This document shows positions 49,670-57,826 of a stretch of DNA of 64,000 nt, piece by piece. The stretch lies in the IMG/VR virus record IMGVR_UViG_3300047094_002472; one strand, 5' to 3'. Every line of letters starts with the position of its first letter. The first letter of the stretch is position 1. The DNA comes from a virus. Below the pieces are notes generated by a model, which ran no database searches, had not been told where the DNA came from, and was given only the letters and a program-made list of their open reading frames with translations. The position numbers and the translations under genes were made by a program.

Positions 49670-50092
49670 TTATACCGCCACTTCCCTTGGCATAATCTTA
49701 TAAGTCTTACTACGAATATCAGTGCTTGTCATATTATTCTCTATCTCAAAATCCAAAATCTTTGCCATAACTGTCAAGTCATCTGCTATTCTATTATAGT
49801 CTTTTTCGCAAGAACCAAATGCTACATTACTATTATAGGTCAAACAAGAAAGCAATTCGGCCGATATGTTCTCTATAGCAGCAAATTTCATTTTATAACC
49901 ATACAGGTTAGATCTACTGTTATTAGTCATAAACTCATACATCATTATCCCCATATCGCTAATAGAATTATTAAAAGAACGAATAGTAACTTCATTCTTT
50001 TTGATAGTATCTATTCTTTGAGCCTCGTCCATCTTGGTGAGACCCCAACTGCCGATTTCTCTTGCCAAGTATATCGCATTACTTCCAAGCAT
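49670..50092 (-). CDS. Hypothetical protein within the tRNA cluster
   Basis: ATG 50092 after AAGGAG. Confidence 0.6.
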   Translation of the reverse strand: MLGSNAIYLAREIGSWGLTKMDEAQRIDTIKKNEVTIRSFNNSISDMGIMMYEFMTNNSRSNLYGYKMKFAAIENISAELLSCLTYNSNVAFGSCEKDYNRIADDLTVMAKILDFEIENNMTSTDIRSKTYKIMPREVAV

Positions 50093-50110
50093 AATTATCT
50101 CCTTTATTAA

Positions 50111-50181
50111 TTCCGGGGCTAGGATTCGAACCCAGACAAAGAGAACCAAAATCTCTGGTGCTACCGTTACACTACCCCGGA
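50111..50181 (-). tRNA. trnQ: tRNA-Gln(TTG)
   Basis: TCCGGGG/CCCCGGA; loop TTTTGGT. Confidence 0.88.
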
Positions 50182-50182
50182 G

Positions 50183-50255
50183 AGCCGATGATAGGAGTCG
50201 AACCTACAACCCACGGTTTACAAAACCGTTGCTCTGCCATTGAAGCTACATCGGC
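50183..50255 (-). tRNA. trnT: tRNA-Thr(TGT)
   Basis: GCCGATG/CATCGGC; loop TTTGTAA. Confidence 0.9.
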
Positions 50256-50290
50256 AATCCTACATATCATACTCTTGCTGCCAACCCCTG

Positions 50291-50659
50291 TCAATGTCTC
50301 GTCGTGTTCGCTGTCGCTTGGGCCTGCTGTCCATAGTAGTATCCCGATACTCCTTGTGTCCCGTAGGAGCCTCCCAAGGCTGCTTGGCCTTGACTTTGAT
50401 CTTGCCGTACTTGCGGCGTGGTCGGGTATCGTCGTTGTTGTGGAGCGTAATCATGCCATTGTCCATTTTCGTGTAAGTAAAAAACCTTGTCAACATTAGG
50501 GTCGTAAGCCATTAAGCAGTATTGTACCGGATAAACCACCTTTGTCAATACTTCTTTTTTTGGTAGTTTGGGTATTTTTATATCACCCTTTTGATAGTCT
50601 TTTACACCATTATAGGCCAAACCTAACAGGGCAATTATCACCCCTATCCACTGGATCAT
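50291..50659 (-). CDS. Single-TM hypothetical protein
   Basis: SD AGGAG; N-terminal TM. Confidence 0.55.
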   Translation of the reverse strand: MIQWIGVIIALLGLAYNGVKDYQKGDIKIPKLPKKEVLTKVVYPVQYCLMAYDPNVDKVFYLHENGQWHDYAPQQRRYPTTPQVRQDQSQGQAALGGSYGTQGVSGYYYGQQAQATANTTRH

Positions 50660-50727
50660 TCTTTCTCCTCTGCGTCTGATTAGCATATCATACTTATCGG
50701 TATCCGTCCACCCATTCTTTAATTTTT

Positions 50728-50809
50728 TCTAAGTGGTTGAAGTATAAGGAGTTACGAAGAATCGGAGGCGCCCCGCTAGCCCTAAGTGCTTACGCCCAAA
50801 GGGTTTGCG
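50728..50809. repeat. 82-bp module, copy 3
   Basis: 29-24-29. Confidence 0.9.
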
Positions 50810-50816
50810 GTTAGTT

Positions 50817-51059
50817 TTACTCGTCTTCTCTATTAATTTCCCAGCCCGCTTTTCTACACACCTTATTCAATTTGATTACCTGAGTTTCTTTATCTGCTGT
50901 CGCATAGTCTCTAAAACCACGCTCATCTATATAGAAGTATTCATCTAGAACATCGAACTTATTGCTTTCACCAAGAGTAGTTACTGCTGCCTCAAGAGGA
51001 TTTTTACTTGTTGAGTAGATTAGTTCTAGCGTACCACATTTGACATAATATTTAGACAT
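50817..51059 (-). CDS. Hypothetical protein
   Basis: MSKYYVKCG...DERGFR. Confidence 0.6.
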   Translation of the reverse strand: MSKYYVKCGTLELIYSTSKNPLEAAVTTLGESNKFDVLDEYFYIDERGFRDYATADKETQVIKLNKVCRKAGWEINREDE

Positions 51060-51645
51060 AACATTCCTCGCATTTAGGGCAGTCACAATAAGCATCATCA
51101 ACGCCTTGATAGCAAACTTCTGGAAACATATCATCGTCCGTATATCCGATACTTTCTCGTCCAAAGTCAATCGGAACTAATATCCTAGATTTGCCACGCC
51201 TAACATATCCAAAATTACCCTCATGGCAATCAGAGTATTCCACCCCGTAGTCGCTGATTTCTTCCAACAAATCAGATAAAACATAATAGTTAGGGCAACA
51301 TCCAGAATCTATGCAAGACCCCTCACATTCACTATTTCTACACACAAAAGGCTTTGCAATTTCGGTTAAGTAACCCCAATCACTCAAAACCATTTCGGTT
51401 CGATATTTAATCTTGTTATTCTCTATACCATCCACAAAATAGTTAGCAATACGGATTTTGCAAACCGAACTGTAAACCTTTGGGGCAAGATATGGGGCTA
51501 AATGACTTTGAACAGCATGAGCAAACTCGGCCAAACTCTTATTAGGAAAACTCTTGAAACCATATGGTTTTCCAGACAGTTTATAGAAAGAGTTCCTGCT
51601 ACCACTATTCTCATACTTTCCAACATAACTAAATTTAGTAGCCAT
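51052..51645 (-). CDS. Minimal protein-kinase-like fold protein (paralog of 19989-20522)
   Basis: GFKSF, LAPKV, GYLTE, DCHEGNFG, VPIDFG; Cys-rich tail. Confidence 0.72.
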   Translation of the reverse strand: MATKFSYVGKYENSGSRNSFYKLSGKPYGFKSFPNKSLAEFAHAVQSHLAPYLAPKVYSSVCKIRIANYFVDGIENNKIKYRTEMVLSDWGYLTEIAKPFVCRNSECEGSCIDSGCCPNYYVLSDLLEEISDYGVEYSDCHEGNFGYVRRGKSRILVPIDFGRESIGYTDDDMFPEVCYQGVDDAYCDCPKCEECYV

Positions 51646-51653
51646 GATTATTC

Positions 51654-52361
51654 CTAGTGAGCGGGAAACAGTACGTTAGCCAAACCCTTGACGCACATAT
51701 CACAACTTATACTATCCTTCGTGCCGGTGCAAGTGATAACCGAACGACCGCGACGAATTTCTGGACAAGTCACAAACTTCTCACCGTTCAGCACGACCAG
51801 TTTGGGCAACGCTTGCCGCCAAGCGTCGGCCTTAGCCTTGTTCTTTGGTCGCTTCGGGGCAATTTTCATATCGCTATCGCACCACGCAAACATTTTGAAG
51901 CCTTGATTCTTAGCCTCATTCATATCGTTATCGTCGTGAACACTAGCATAGACTGCCATATACTTTTCCAGAGCCACGAGCCGACTATCGTAGATATGAG
52001 TATAGAACCACATATCGGGCAGACTATCGCCACTAGCAAGAATACTCTCGCAAGCCCACGTTACATTATCAACGTAGTCTGTGTCAAGTTGACCGTTGAG
52101 AAACCAATCGCCGCGTTCATGCCAGCGGATAGATTTCTCACGCTTTTTTGCGTCAAGAATCATGGCACGGATTTTGTTTTTCTCCGTGACTACGTTAGCA
52201 AAACCAGCGACACGGGCGTTTTTGTACTGCCGTTCAGTACCTTCGGCATAACAGCCGTTTCCAAGATAATCGCAATCTGACGGGCAGGTATCGCCAACCG
52301 GACGCGAAACCACAATGCAACCCTTACCCAACTTATCATTACCGTCTGCGGTTTTCATCAT
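51654..52361 (-). CDS. GP88-like Cys-cluster phage protein
   Basis: TCPSDC...CYA, IRWHERGD, YTH, CPE...C..C. Confidence 0.65.
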   Translation of the reverse strand: MMKTADGNDKLGKGCIVVSRPVGDTCPSDCDYLGNGCYAEGTERQYKNARVAGFANVVTEKNKIRAMILDAKKREKSIRWHERGDWFLNGQLDTDYVDNVTWACESILASGDSLPDMWFYTHIYDSRLVALEKYMAVYASVHDDNDMNEAKNQGFKMFAWCDSDMKIAPKRPKNKAKADAWRQALPKLVVLNGEKFVTCPEIRRGRSVITCTGTKDSISCDMCVKGLANVLFPAH

Positions 52362-52383
52362 TCTTCTCCTAGCGTGTCTGATG

Positions 52384-52425
52384 ATTCTACACTAGGTTAT
52401 CGGTACTGTCAAGGCATTTTCTTGA
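52384..52425 (-). promoter_or_regulatory. Composite sigma70 / sigma28-like promoter
   Basis: TTGACA-17-TAGAAT with TCAAG-16-ACCGATAA. Confidence 0.75.
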
Positions 52426-52440
52426 AGAAATTATTTTTGA

Positions 52441-52522
52441 CGCAAGGTGTTGATGCTAAAGGAGTTACGTCAAGCCGGGCCGCGCCGGTTCGCCCTAAGT
52501 CTTTATCCTCAAAGAGTTTAGG
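52441..52522. repeat. 82-bp module, copy 4
   Basis: 29-24-29. Confidence 0.9.
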
Positions 52523-52577
52523 AGCAGTTCACACATACTCAAAAACTGTTCAGTAGTTTCTGCTTCGTTTTTCATAG

Positions 52578-52649
52578 TAGCCCCAAGAGGAATCGAACCT
52601 CTAACTAGACTTTAGAAGAGTCCTGTTATATCCATTTAACTATGGGGCC
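52578..52649 (-). tRNA. trnR: tRNA-Arg(TCT)
   Basis: GGCCCCA/TGGGGCT; loop CTTCTAA. Confidence 0.88.
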
Positions 52650-52712
52650 GAAAGACCGATAGCCGCTAGATTACCAGCGGCATATCGGCTTATTATAGCA
52701 TATACGCTAGGC

Positions 52713-52961
52713 TCAGGCAACAGTCTCGGCAGTCACCTTCGCGTTGTGAGCATCTCCTGCCTGCTCGGCAGTCACGCCCGTCACCCTAGCACGCCACACC
52801 TTGTAGCCCTGCTCGCTAAAAGCCTTGATTTCCCCAGCCTTCACATTCGCGTGAACATCGCCAGGAAGCGAATCACTCAGGCACGAACGAATCGAGTCAA
52901 CCACACCTTCACGGTCAAGTTCATCGGCAACAACGTCAACAACAAAACTAAACTTCTTCAT
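52713..52961 (-). CDS. Hypothetical protein
   Basis: ORF behind its own promoter. Confidence 0.65.
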   Translation of the reverse strand: MKKFSFVVDVVADELDREGVVDSIRSCLSDSLPGDVHANVKAGEIKAFSEQGYKVWRARVTGVTAEQAGDAHNAKVTAETVA

Positions 52962-53162
52962 TTGTAAACCCTTTTCCAAAGTGTTATCGAACCAAGTAAA
53001 CCAATTTTACCTAATCAGTCATCACTTGTCAAGAGTCTGCCAGATGGTTTCTGCTGTTTGGCATCTGCTGTCGTCTTGTCGTGTGATGCTATCAGTATAC
53101 AATAGTTATCGGCACTGTCAACCCCATTCGTGAATCATTTTTTGAGATTTCCAAAAATTTGT

Positions 53163-53244
53163 TCTAAGTCATTGGTACATAACGAGTTACGTCGAGCCGG
53201 GCCGGCCCCGTTTACCGTAAGTGCTTACGGCGTAGGGGTTTAGG
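53163..53244. repeat. 82-bp module, copy 5
   Basis: 29-24-29; abuts the stop codon at 53245. Confidence 0.9.
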
Positions 53245-53616
53245 TTATGAGAGAAAACCCTGACAACCCAAAGCCACAAGATCACGCAGCAACTTCTCGG
53301 CCGCTGCTGGCGTGGGCAGAGTCACGCTATTACGACCCTTGCCGTTTACAAAACGACACAGGGTGTAATCATACGCACCCATCAGTTCATCGCTCCAATC
53401 CTTCGACTCCTTCAAGCCCCATCCGGTAGCAAGCCGAATAGCCTTGATGGAAGCGATCCGGTTGTCGGTGGTCATTCCACCGGTAATGGTCACCGTTCGG
53501 TACTGATTCACGCCGAGAGCAACCTCAAAAGCGTTCACGATCCGCTCGTAAATATCCAGATTGCAGTTAGTCGCAAGATTCATGGCCTCACGAACCGTCA
53601 GTTCCAACTTAATCAT
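53245..53616 (-). CDS. Protein with a ribosomal L7/L12 C-terminal domain
   Basis: NRIASIKAIRLATGWGLKESKD...AAEKLLRDLVALG matches the bL12 CTD pattern. Confidence 0.75.
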   Translation of the reverse strand: MIKLELTVREAMNLATNCNLDIYERIVNAFEVALGVNQYRTVTITGGMTTDNRIASIKAIRLATGWGLKESKDWSDELMGAYDYTLCRFVNGKGRNSVTLPTPAAAEKLLRDLVALGCQGFLS

Positions 53617-53617
53617 C

Positions 53618-54031
53618 TCAAATCCTTTCTTCCAAAACGTAAACTTGTTTGCCTTGTGTAATTAAAGTAGCGTATTCGCTATCGTCCCAAATAAACTCGT
53701 TGCTATCGCTTTCTCGTCGCCAGTGTGGGTCACGAATCGGATTATAGTATACCTTTTCAAGATTGTCAACACCAATCTCGTTATTTATTCTAACATCCTC
53801 ACATTTCACCCACCCACTAACATCATGCACACCGGCCTCATGAACCTTCTTAGCCTTATTAGGCTGATTCACCAACTTACAACCAATCATTTCCAACTGA
53901 TAGTAGGCCGGATTATAATAATAAACATCGACCTTCCTTCTTCCCTGCATAATCTTGATTTGCCAGTGCATATAATGCTGGCCTCGTCCAAGATGGAAAC
54001 GGACTTCGGCGTGTAGTGGTTTCGGTTTCAT
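53618..54031 (-). CDS. Conserved phage hypothetical protein
   Basis: RFHLGRG.HYMHWQIK, YNPIRDPHW. Confidence 0.7.
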   Translation of the reverse strand: MKPKPLHAEVRFHLGRGQHYMHWQIKIMQGRRKVDVYYYNPAYYQLEMIGCKLVNQPNKAKKVHEAGVHDVSGWVKCEDVRINNEIGVDNLEKVYYNPIRDPHWRRESDSNEFIWDDSEYATLITQGKQVYVLEERI

Positions 54032-54080
54032 ACTTATACTATACCTTATCGACCAACTCTTGTCAATACCTTTAGAAAAA

Positions 54081-54282
54081 GATACCTATACTGGCCTACG
54101 TCCAGTAGCGTTTTAGACTTCCACCGCTTATAAGGTACCCCAATATTCGCTGACTATACCCACTCAGCCCAAATCCGTAGGATTAGGTCAGACAGATAGA
54201 TTGGGTTATGCCATACTCGGCCTTGCATTTAACCGCGGCTTCTTTGATATCATTCTGCCAGCGGCCCTCATCTATCGTCTTG
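54081..54282 (-). ncRNA. Candidate structured ncRNA (two three-way junctions)
   Basis: Own promoter (54288-54328); no credible ORF; stems GATAGAT/ATCTATC, GGCCGC/GCGGTT, GGTACCT/AGGTATC, TACTGG/CCAGTA. Confidence 0.5.
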
Positions 54283-54342
54283 AGTTAAATATACATCTAT
54301 TATCGGCTAAGTCAAGAGAGAAACTTGAAAAAATTTTTTAGT

Positions 54343-54424
54343 CGTAAAGTGTTGAGAAATAACAACTTAGAACGAATCGGCCCCGCCGCCCTGTTCGTAA
54401 GTCCTTTATTTCCAATCACTTAGG
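54343..54424. repeat. 82-bp module, copy 6
   Basis: 29-24-29. Confidence 0.9.
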
Positions 54425-54686
54425 TGCCACCAGCCACAAGTTCCACACCAATACCACCACACACCACGATCATCTAGCCTATAGGCCATATCGTTGTTCT
54501 CGCCACACTGACAAATATCACTAAGAATTTTCATAAACTAACTCCACATATTTATTAACAAGTTCAGGTAGTGAAATCTCATGAGTACCGATTAGTTCTT
54601 TAGTCTTATCTACATTGTTTTTATTCACAGCGGCCATTCTATTTCTGAAAAAACTCAGAATATAGATCATGGCTTTTTCTCTATCT

Positions 54687-54953
54687 TCAGTCATAAGATG
54701 GATAATCCTTCGGGTATGGGTTTTTAGGCGGTTGTGGTTTGTCTTGTCCCTCGTCTGGCATCCACCACGGAGCATCCATACGATCTACCACACCACCAAT
54801 AGTTCCTTCGCCACAAAAAATAAGATGCTCACAATATGGATCAGATCGGTCTATCTTATATGTTCCACGCCACACCCCAATAGGCTCACCATAATAAATA
54901 ATCTTCTGGCCATTAATAGGGCGACGATAACCAAAAAAACTAAGCCACTCCAT
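54687..54953 (-). CDS. DUF551-like hypothetical protein
   Basis: MEWLS....RP..GQ...WWMP. Confidence 0.6.
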   Translation of the reverse strand: MEWLSFFGYRRPINGQKIIYYGEPIGVWRGTYKIDRSDPYCEHLIFCGEGTIGGVVDRMDAPWWMPDEGQDKPQPPKNPYPKDYPSYD

Positions 54954-54956
54954 TAT

Positions 54957-55181
54957 TTACCTACCCCTTCCAACAATCACACATTTCATACTAATATCAC
55001 TATCAGTATACTTAACACACTCATGAGGGCCATAATACCATTTATCTTCATCATTCACATTGAATACAATATCCTCAGTTCTCAGGCTAAGGTCATTAAA
55101 CCCACCCTCATACCCAAGAGTCAATACTGTCATATCGCCGGGATAGTTCTTCAACTGCTCAATAAGTTCGTTAACGGTCAT
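54957..55181 (-). CDS. Hypothetical phage protein
   Basis: MTVNELIEQLKNYP.D...GYEGG. Confidence 0.7.
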   Translation of the reverse strand: MTVNELIEQLKNYPGDMTVLTLGYEGGFNDLSLRTEDIVFNVNDEDKWYYGPHECVKYTDSDISMKCVIVGRGR

Positions 55182-55184
55182 TAT

Positions 55185-55322
55185 TTAATCCTCTGTGGCA
55201 TCATCAATATACCACTCGTATCCTAGTTCGTCAATAGTATCTTCTAAAACTTCGATAATCTCGTCTGCTTCTTCACAGTCTGGATCAATTCCCGGCATAT
55301 CAAAAACAACATAAACCTTCAT
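55185..55322 (-). CDS. Small acidic protein (45 aa)
   Basis: Manual translation MKVYVVFDMPGIDPDCEEADEIIEVLED...; SD AAGGA. Confidence 0.6.
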   Translation of the reverse strand: MKVYVVFDMPGIDPDCEEADEIIEVLEDTIDELGYEWYIDDATED

Positions 55323-55334
55323 CTGCTTTCCTTG

Positions 55335-55819
55335 TATTAAAACCAGCGAATCTTTTACGATCCGATTCTATAACCCACCAATACCCCGATATTCTGAACC
55401 CTTGGAGCAAGGTAAAAATTGATGGAAACCGCCCACGCTGCTTCACTGCTTTCGGGTACCTAATATCAGGCAGTTTATCAGAGGCAACGGTTACTGGTTG
55501 TATTATTCGGACAGGCCGGGACACCTATACGATGAAGCGCCTCAGTTACTCCGCCTATCCGATTGTATTGGTCGTGGTGAGGACGCTATCCCCCATAGAT
55601 TGGCATTACTATACAACGTATAAGCCCGTTGTCAACCCCGGCGATTGCTTCGCTGAACGAGAGGTTTATCGTAATGGCTTATCCCAATCTAGTCCCTGAG
55701 CATGGACCCACGAAAGTTTGTATTGTTAGGACCGATTGTAGAAGACGTTTCCTAGGACATCAACTACCGCTTTTACCGGCTGCTCGGCCCGACACAACCA
55801 ACAAGCGTTTGCTTGTTCT
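55335..55819 (-). ncRNA. Large multi-branch structured ncRNA, family unassigned
   Basis: Behind a composite promoter (55826-55866); long closing helix and many nested stems (see findings). Confidence 0.7.
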
Positions 55820-55881
55820 TCAATCATTCTACTATCTATTATCGGTTTGTCAATAGGGTTTCTTGAAAAAATATTTTTTGA

Positions 55882-55963
55882 TGTAAAGTGTTGCAGCATA
55901 AAGAGTTACGACGAGCCGGGCGGCGCCCCTCGGCCCTAAGTGCTGCCGTAGCAACAACTTAGG
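55882..55963. repeat. 82-bp module, copy 7
   Basis: 29-24-29. Confidence 0.9.
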
Positions 55964-55996
55964 GTGAGGGTTTCACCGATTGGCGAAGAAGACAGT

Positions 55997-56401
55997 TTAG
56001 ATAAGATGAGCCAGACCCGTAGCGAACAGAGCCTGAGCCCCAACCGGCCTACGGCACTTTTCAGTACGTTCCGCATAGAAGTTGCGAACCGTACCATTGG
56101 GCATTTCGCAAGTCACAAGGTGGCGAGTACGCTGAAACTCGGGATCATTCGCACGATAGCGACTACGAGCATTGAGCCTACGAATAGAGTAGTCATCCAG
56201 AGTGTGAACTTCCACAACCTTCGCAAGATAACGCTCCGGTTCGCCCTGCAAAGGCTGCTTGTAGATGAAATTGTAGATTTCACCCGGCTTAGCAGATGCA
56301 AGCGTACCGTGAACACCACCATAAACAGCATAGGCAAGAGCAGCCACAATAACAGCAGTCACACCAGCCAGAATACCACCAAACAGAAGAACATCGTTCA
56401 T
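55997..56401 (-). CDS. Membrane-anchored hypothetical protein
   Basis: N-terminal TM; own promoter. Confidence 0.65.
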   Translation of the reverse strand: MNDVLLFGGILAGVTAVIVAALAYAVYGGVHGTLASAKPGEIYNFIYKQPLQGEPERYLAKVVEVHTLDDYSIRRLNARSRYRANDPEFQRTRHLVTCEMPNGTVRNFYAERTEKCRRPVGAQALFATGLAHLI

Positions 56402-56468
56402 AAAAACCCTTTCAGTTAGAAAACCCTCAATCAACATATCACAAGTCTACACTATGTATCGACTGTTG

Positions 56469-56720
56469 TCAAGCCTCAACATTAGAAAAATTTTCGGCCC
56501 AAAAGTCGTGCATTTCCTCAAGGTTTATGGCACTATCACTCCATGCCACACCATCCTGTGTCTCATATGCAAAAGACGAATTTTCGTCAATTTCACGCAA
56601 GCCAGACTTGAAAGCATCATAATCTTTGCAAGAGGCCGCAAAATCGTTCAGACCTTCATCATTAGCAATCCACAGACAAACATTCCAAGTCTGGTAATTA
56701 GAGTAGCCATTGTAACTCAT
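56469..56720 (-). CDS. Conserved phage protein (YNGxxNYxTWNVxLW family)
   Basis: Motif pattern; SD AAGGA. Confidence 0.7.
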   Translation of the reverse strand: MSYNGYSNYQTWNVCLWIANDEGLNDFAASCKDYDAFKSGLREIDENSSFAYETQDGVAWSDSAINLEEMHDFWAENFSNVEA

Positions 56721-56801
56721 AATTGTTCCTTTCATGTCTGCTGTAATCATACCATATAGATCGGCAAATGCAAGAGGAAATCTTTAAAAAATTTTTTTAG
56801 A

Positions 56802-56883
56802 CGTAAAGTGTTGCTGTGTAAGGAGTTACGACGAGGCCGGCGGCCCCCGCTCGCCCTAAGTGCTTATGCACAAAGGGTTTGCG
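56802..56883. repeat. 82-bp module, copy 8
   Basis: 29-24-29. Confidence 0.9.
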
Positions 56884-56890
56884 GAGAGTT

Positions 56891-57118
56891 TTATTCGAAG
56901 TCTACGAAAATTACTTGATTGTAGCCGCGAGGCTTAATCTTGAAACTATCGCCATAATCTTCGGTTTCAGATTTCACACCCGTAAAGCCAGCCAAAGCCT
57001 TGGCCTTGCGAATAATGCTACGCTGAGAATCATACTTGGGTACAAACTCCCAACGCTTGACCCAGCCGTAGTTAGCCTCACCAGCAAAAGTATCAGTATG
57101 GGTTACAACGCACTTCAT
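56891..57118 (-). CDS. Conserved phage protein (TDTFxGEANYxWV family)
   Basis: Motif pattern. Confidence 0.7.
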   Translation of the reverse strand: MKCVVTHTDTFAGEANYGWVKRWEFVPKYDSQRSIIRKAKALAGFTGVKSETEDYGDSFKIKPRGYNQVIFVDFE

Positions 57119-57140
57119 TTCTTTTTTCCTTAAAGGTAAA

Positions 57141-57383
57141 TTAGTAATCTTCATTCATTTCGGTATCATCACCATAATATCCGTAATCCTCATCGGTTCC
57201 CCATCCAGCGGAAGATAGGCCACTCTCATGATCCCCATCCATACTATCATCATACGAATCATCCCAACTGTTCTCCAGTTCATCAGCGTCAACTTCACCG
57301 TAATTGAAATCATTGTAATCGTCGTAGTTCATATCGTCCTCGTAAGAGTTGTCAGGATCATAGCACGGGTCAGGATGGCTCAT
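57141..57383 (-). CDS. Very acidic protein (DGDHESGLSSAGWGTDEDYG)
   Basis: D/E/Y-rich; SD GAGGA; own promoter. Confidence 0.7.
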   Translation of the reverse strand: MSHPDPCYDPDNSYEDDMNYDDYNDFNYGEVDADELENSWDDSYDDSMDGDHESGLSSAGWGTDEDYGYYGDDTEMNEDY

Positions 57384-57445
57384 TTCTTTTTCCTCTTTAC
57401 TAGTGTTATCGGGATTCTATCCTAAAAACTTTAGGCTGTCAAGCC

Positions 57446-57643
57446 CTATTCCACAATCCACGTTTCGCCGTTTTCATCCATCATCTCGACAGGAGCAAAA
57501 TCATCCACACAACCCACAACATCTGCCCAATCCCAAAAGTTGACTTCCACGCTAGGATCGTCAATCGGCTCGACCATAGGCTCAATCGTACCCTCTTGGG
57601 CCATTTGATCCAGAATCGAGTTGATTTCTTCGAAAGAATACAT
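57446..57643 (-). CDS. Acidic small protein
   Basis: SD AAGGA; own promoter. Confidence 0.6.
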   Translation of the reverse strand: MYSFEEINSILDQMAQEGTIEPMVEPIDDPSVEVNFWDWADVVGCVDDFAPVEMMDENGETWIVE

Positions 57644-57744
57644 TTTTGACTTCCTTTGGGGTTTCACTTGTGATACTACCATTATACAGAGTATATCGGC
57701 CAAGTCAATAGGGTATCTATAAAAAATCTAAAAAAAATTGTCGA

Positions 57745-57826
57745 TGTAAAGTGTTGCAGCATAAGGACTTACGACGCGGCGGGCGGCGCGGCCTCGCCCT
57801 AAGTTCTTTAGGGACAAGGCTTTACG
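57745..57826. repeat. 82-bp module, copy 9
   Basis: 29-24-29; abuts the stop codon at 57827. Confidence 0.9.

Noticed and set aside
49341-50499. Plus-strand ORFs across the tRNA cluster
   Set aside because: They overlap minus-strand tRNA genes or ORFs and are spurious.
55690-55710. GTCCATGCTC resembling type B RNase P RNA
   Set aside because: The preceding GAGGAAA and the complementary 3' P4 strand are missing.
55300-55856. ORFs 55300-55524 (-) and 55629-55856 (+)
   Set aside because: No SD or motifs; the region is better explained as structured RNA.
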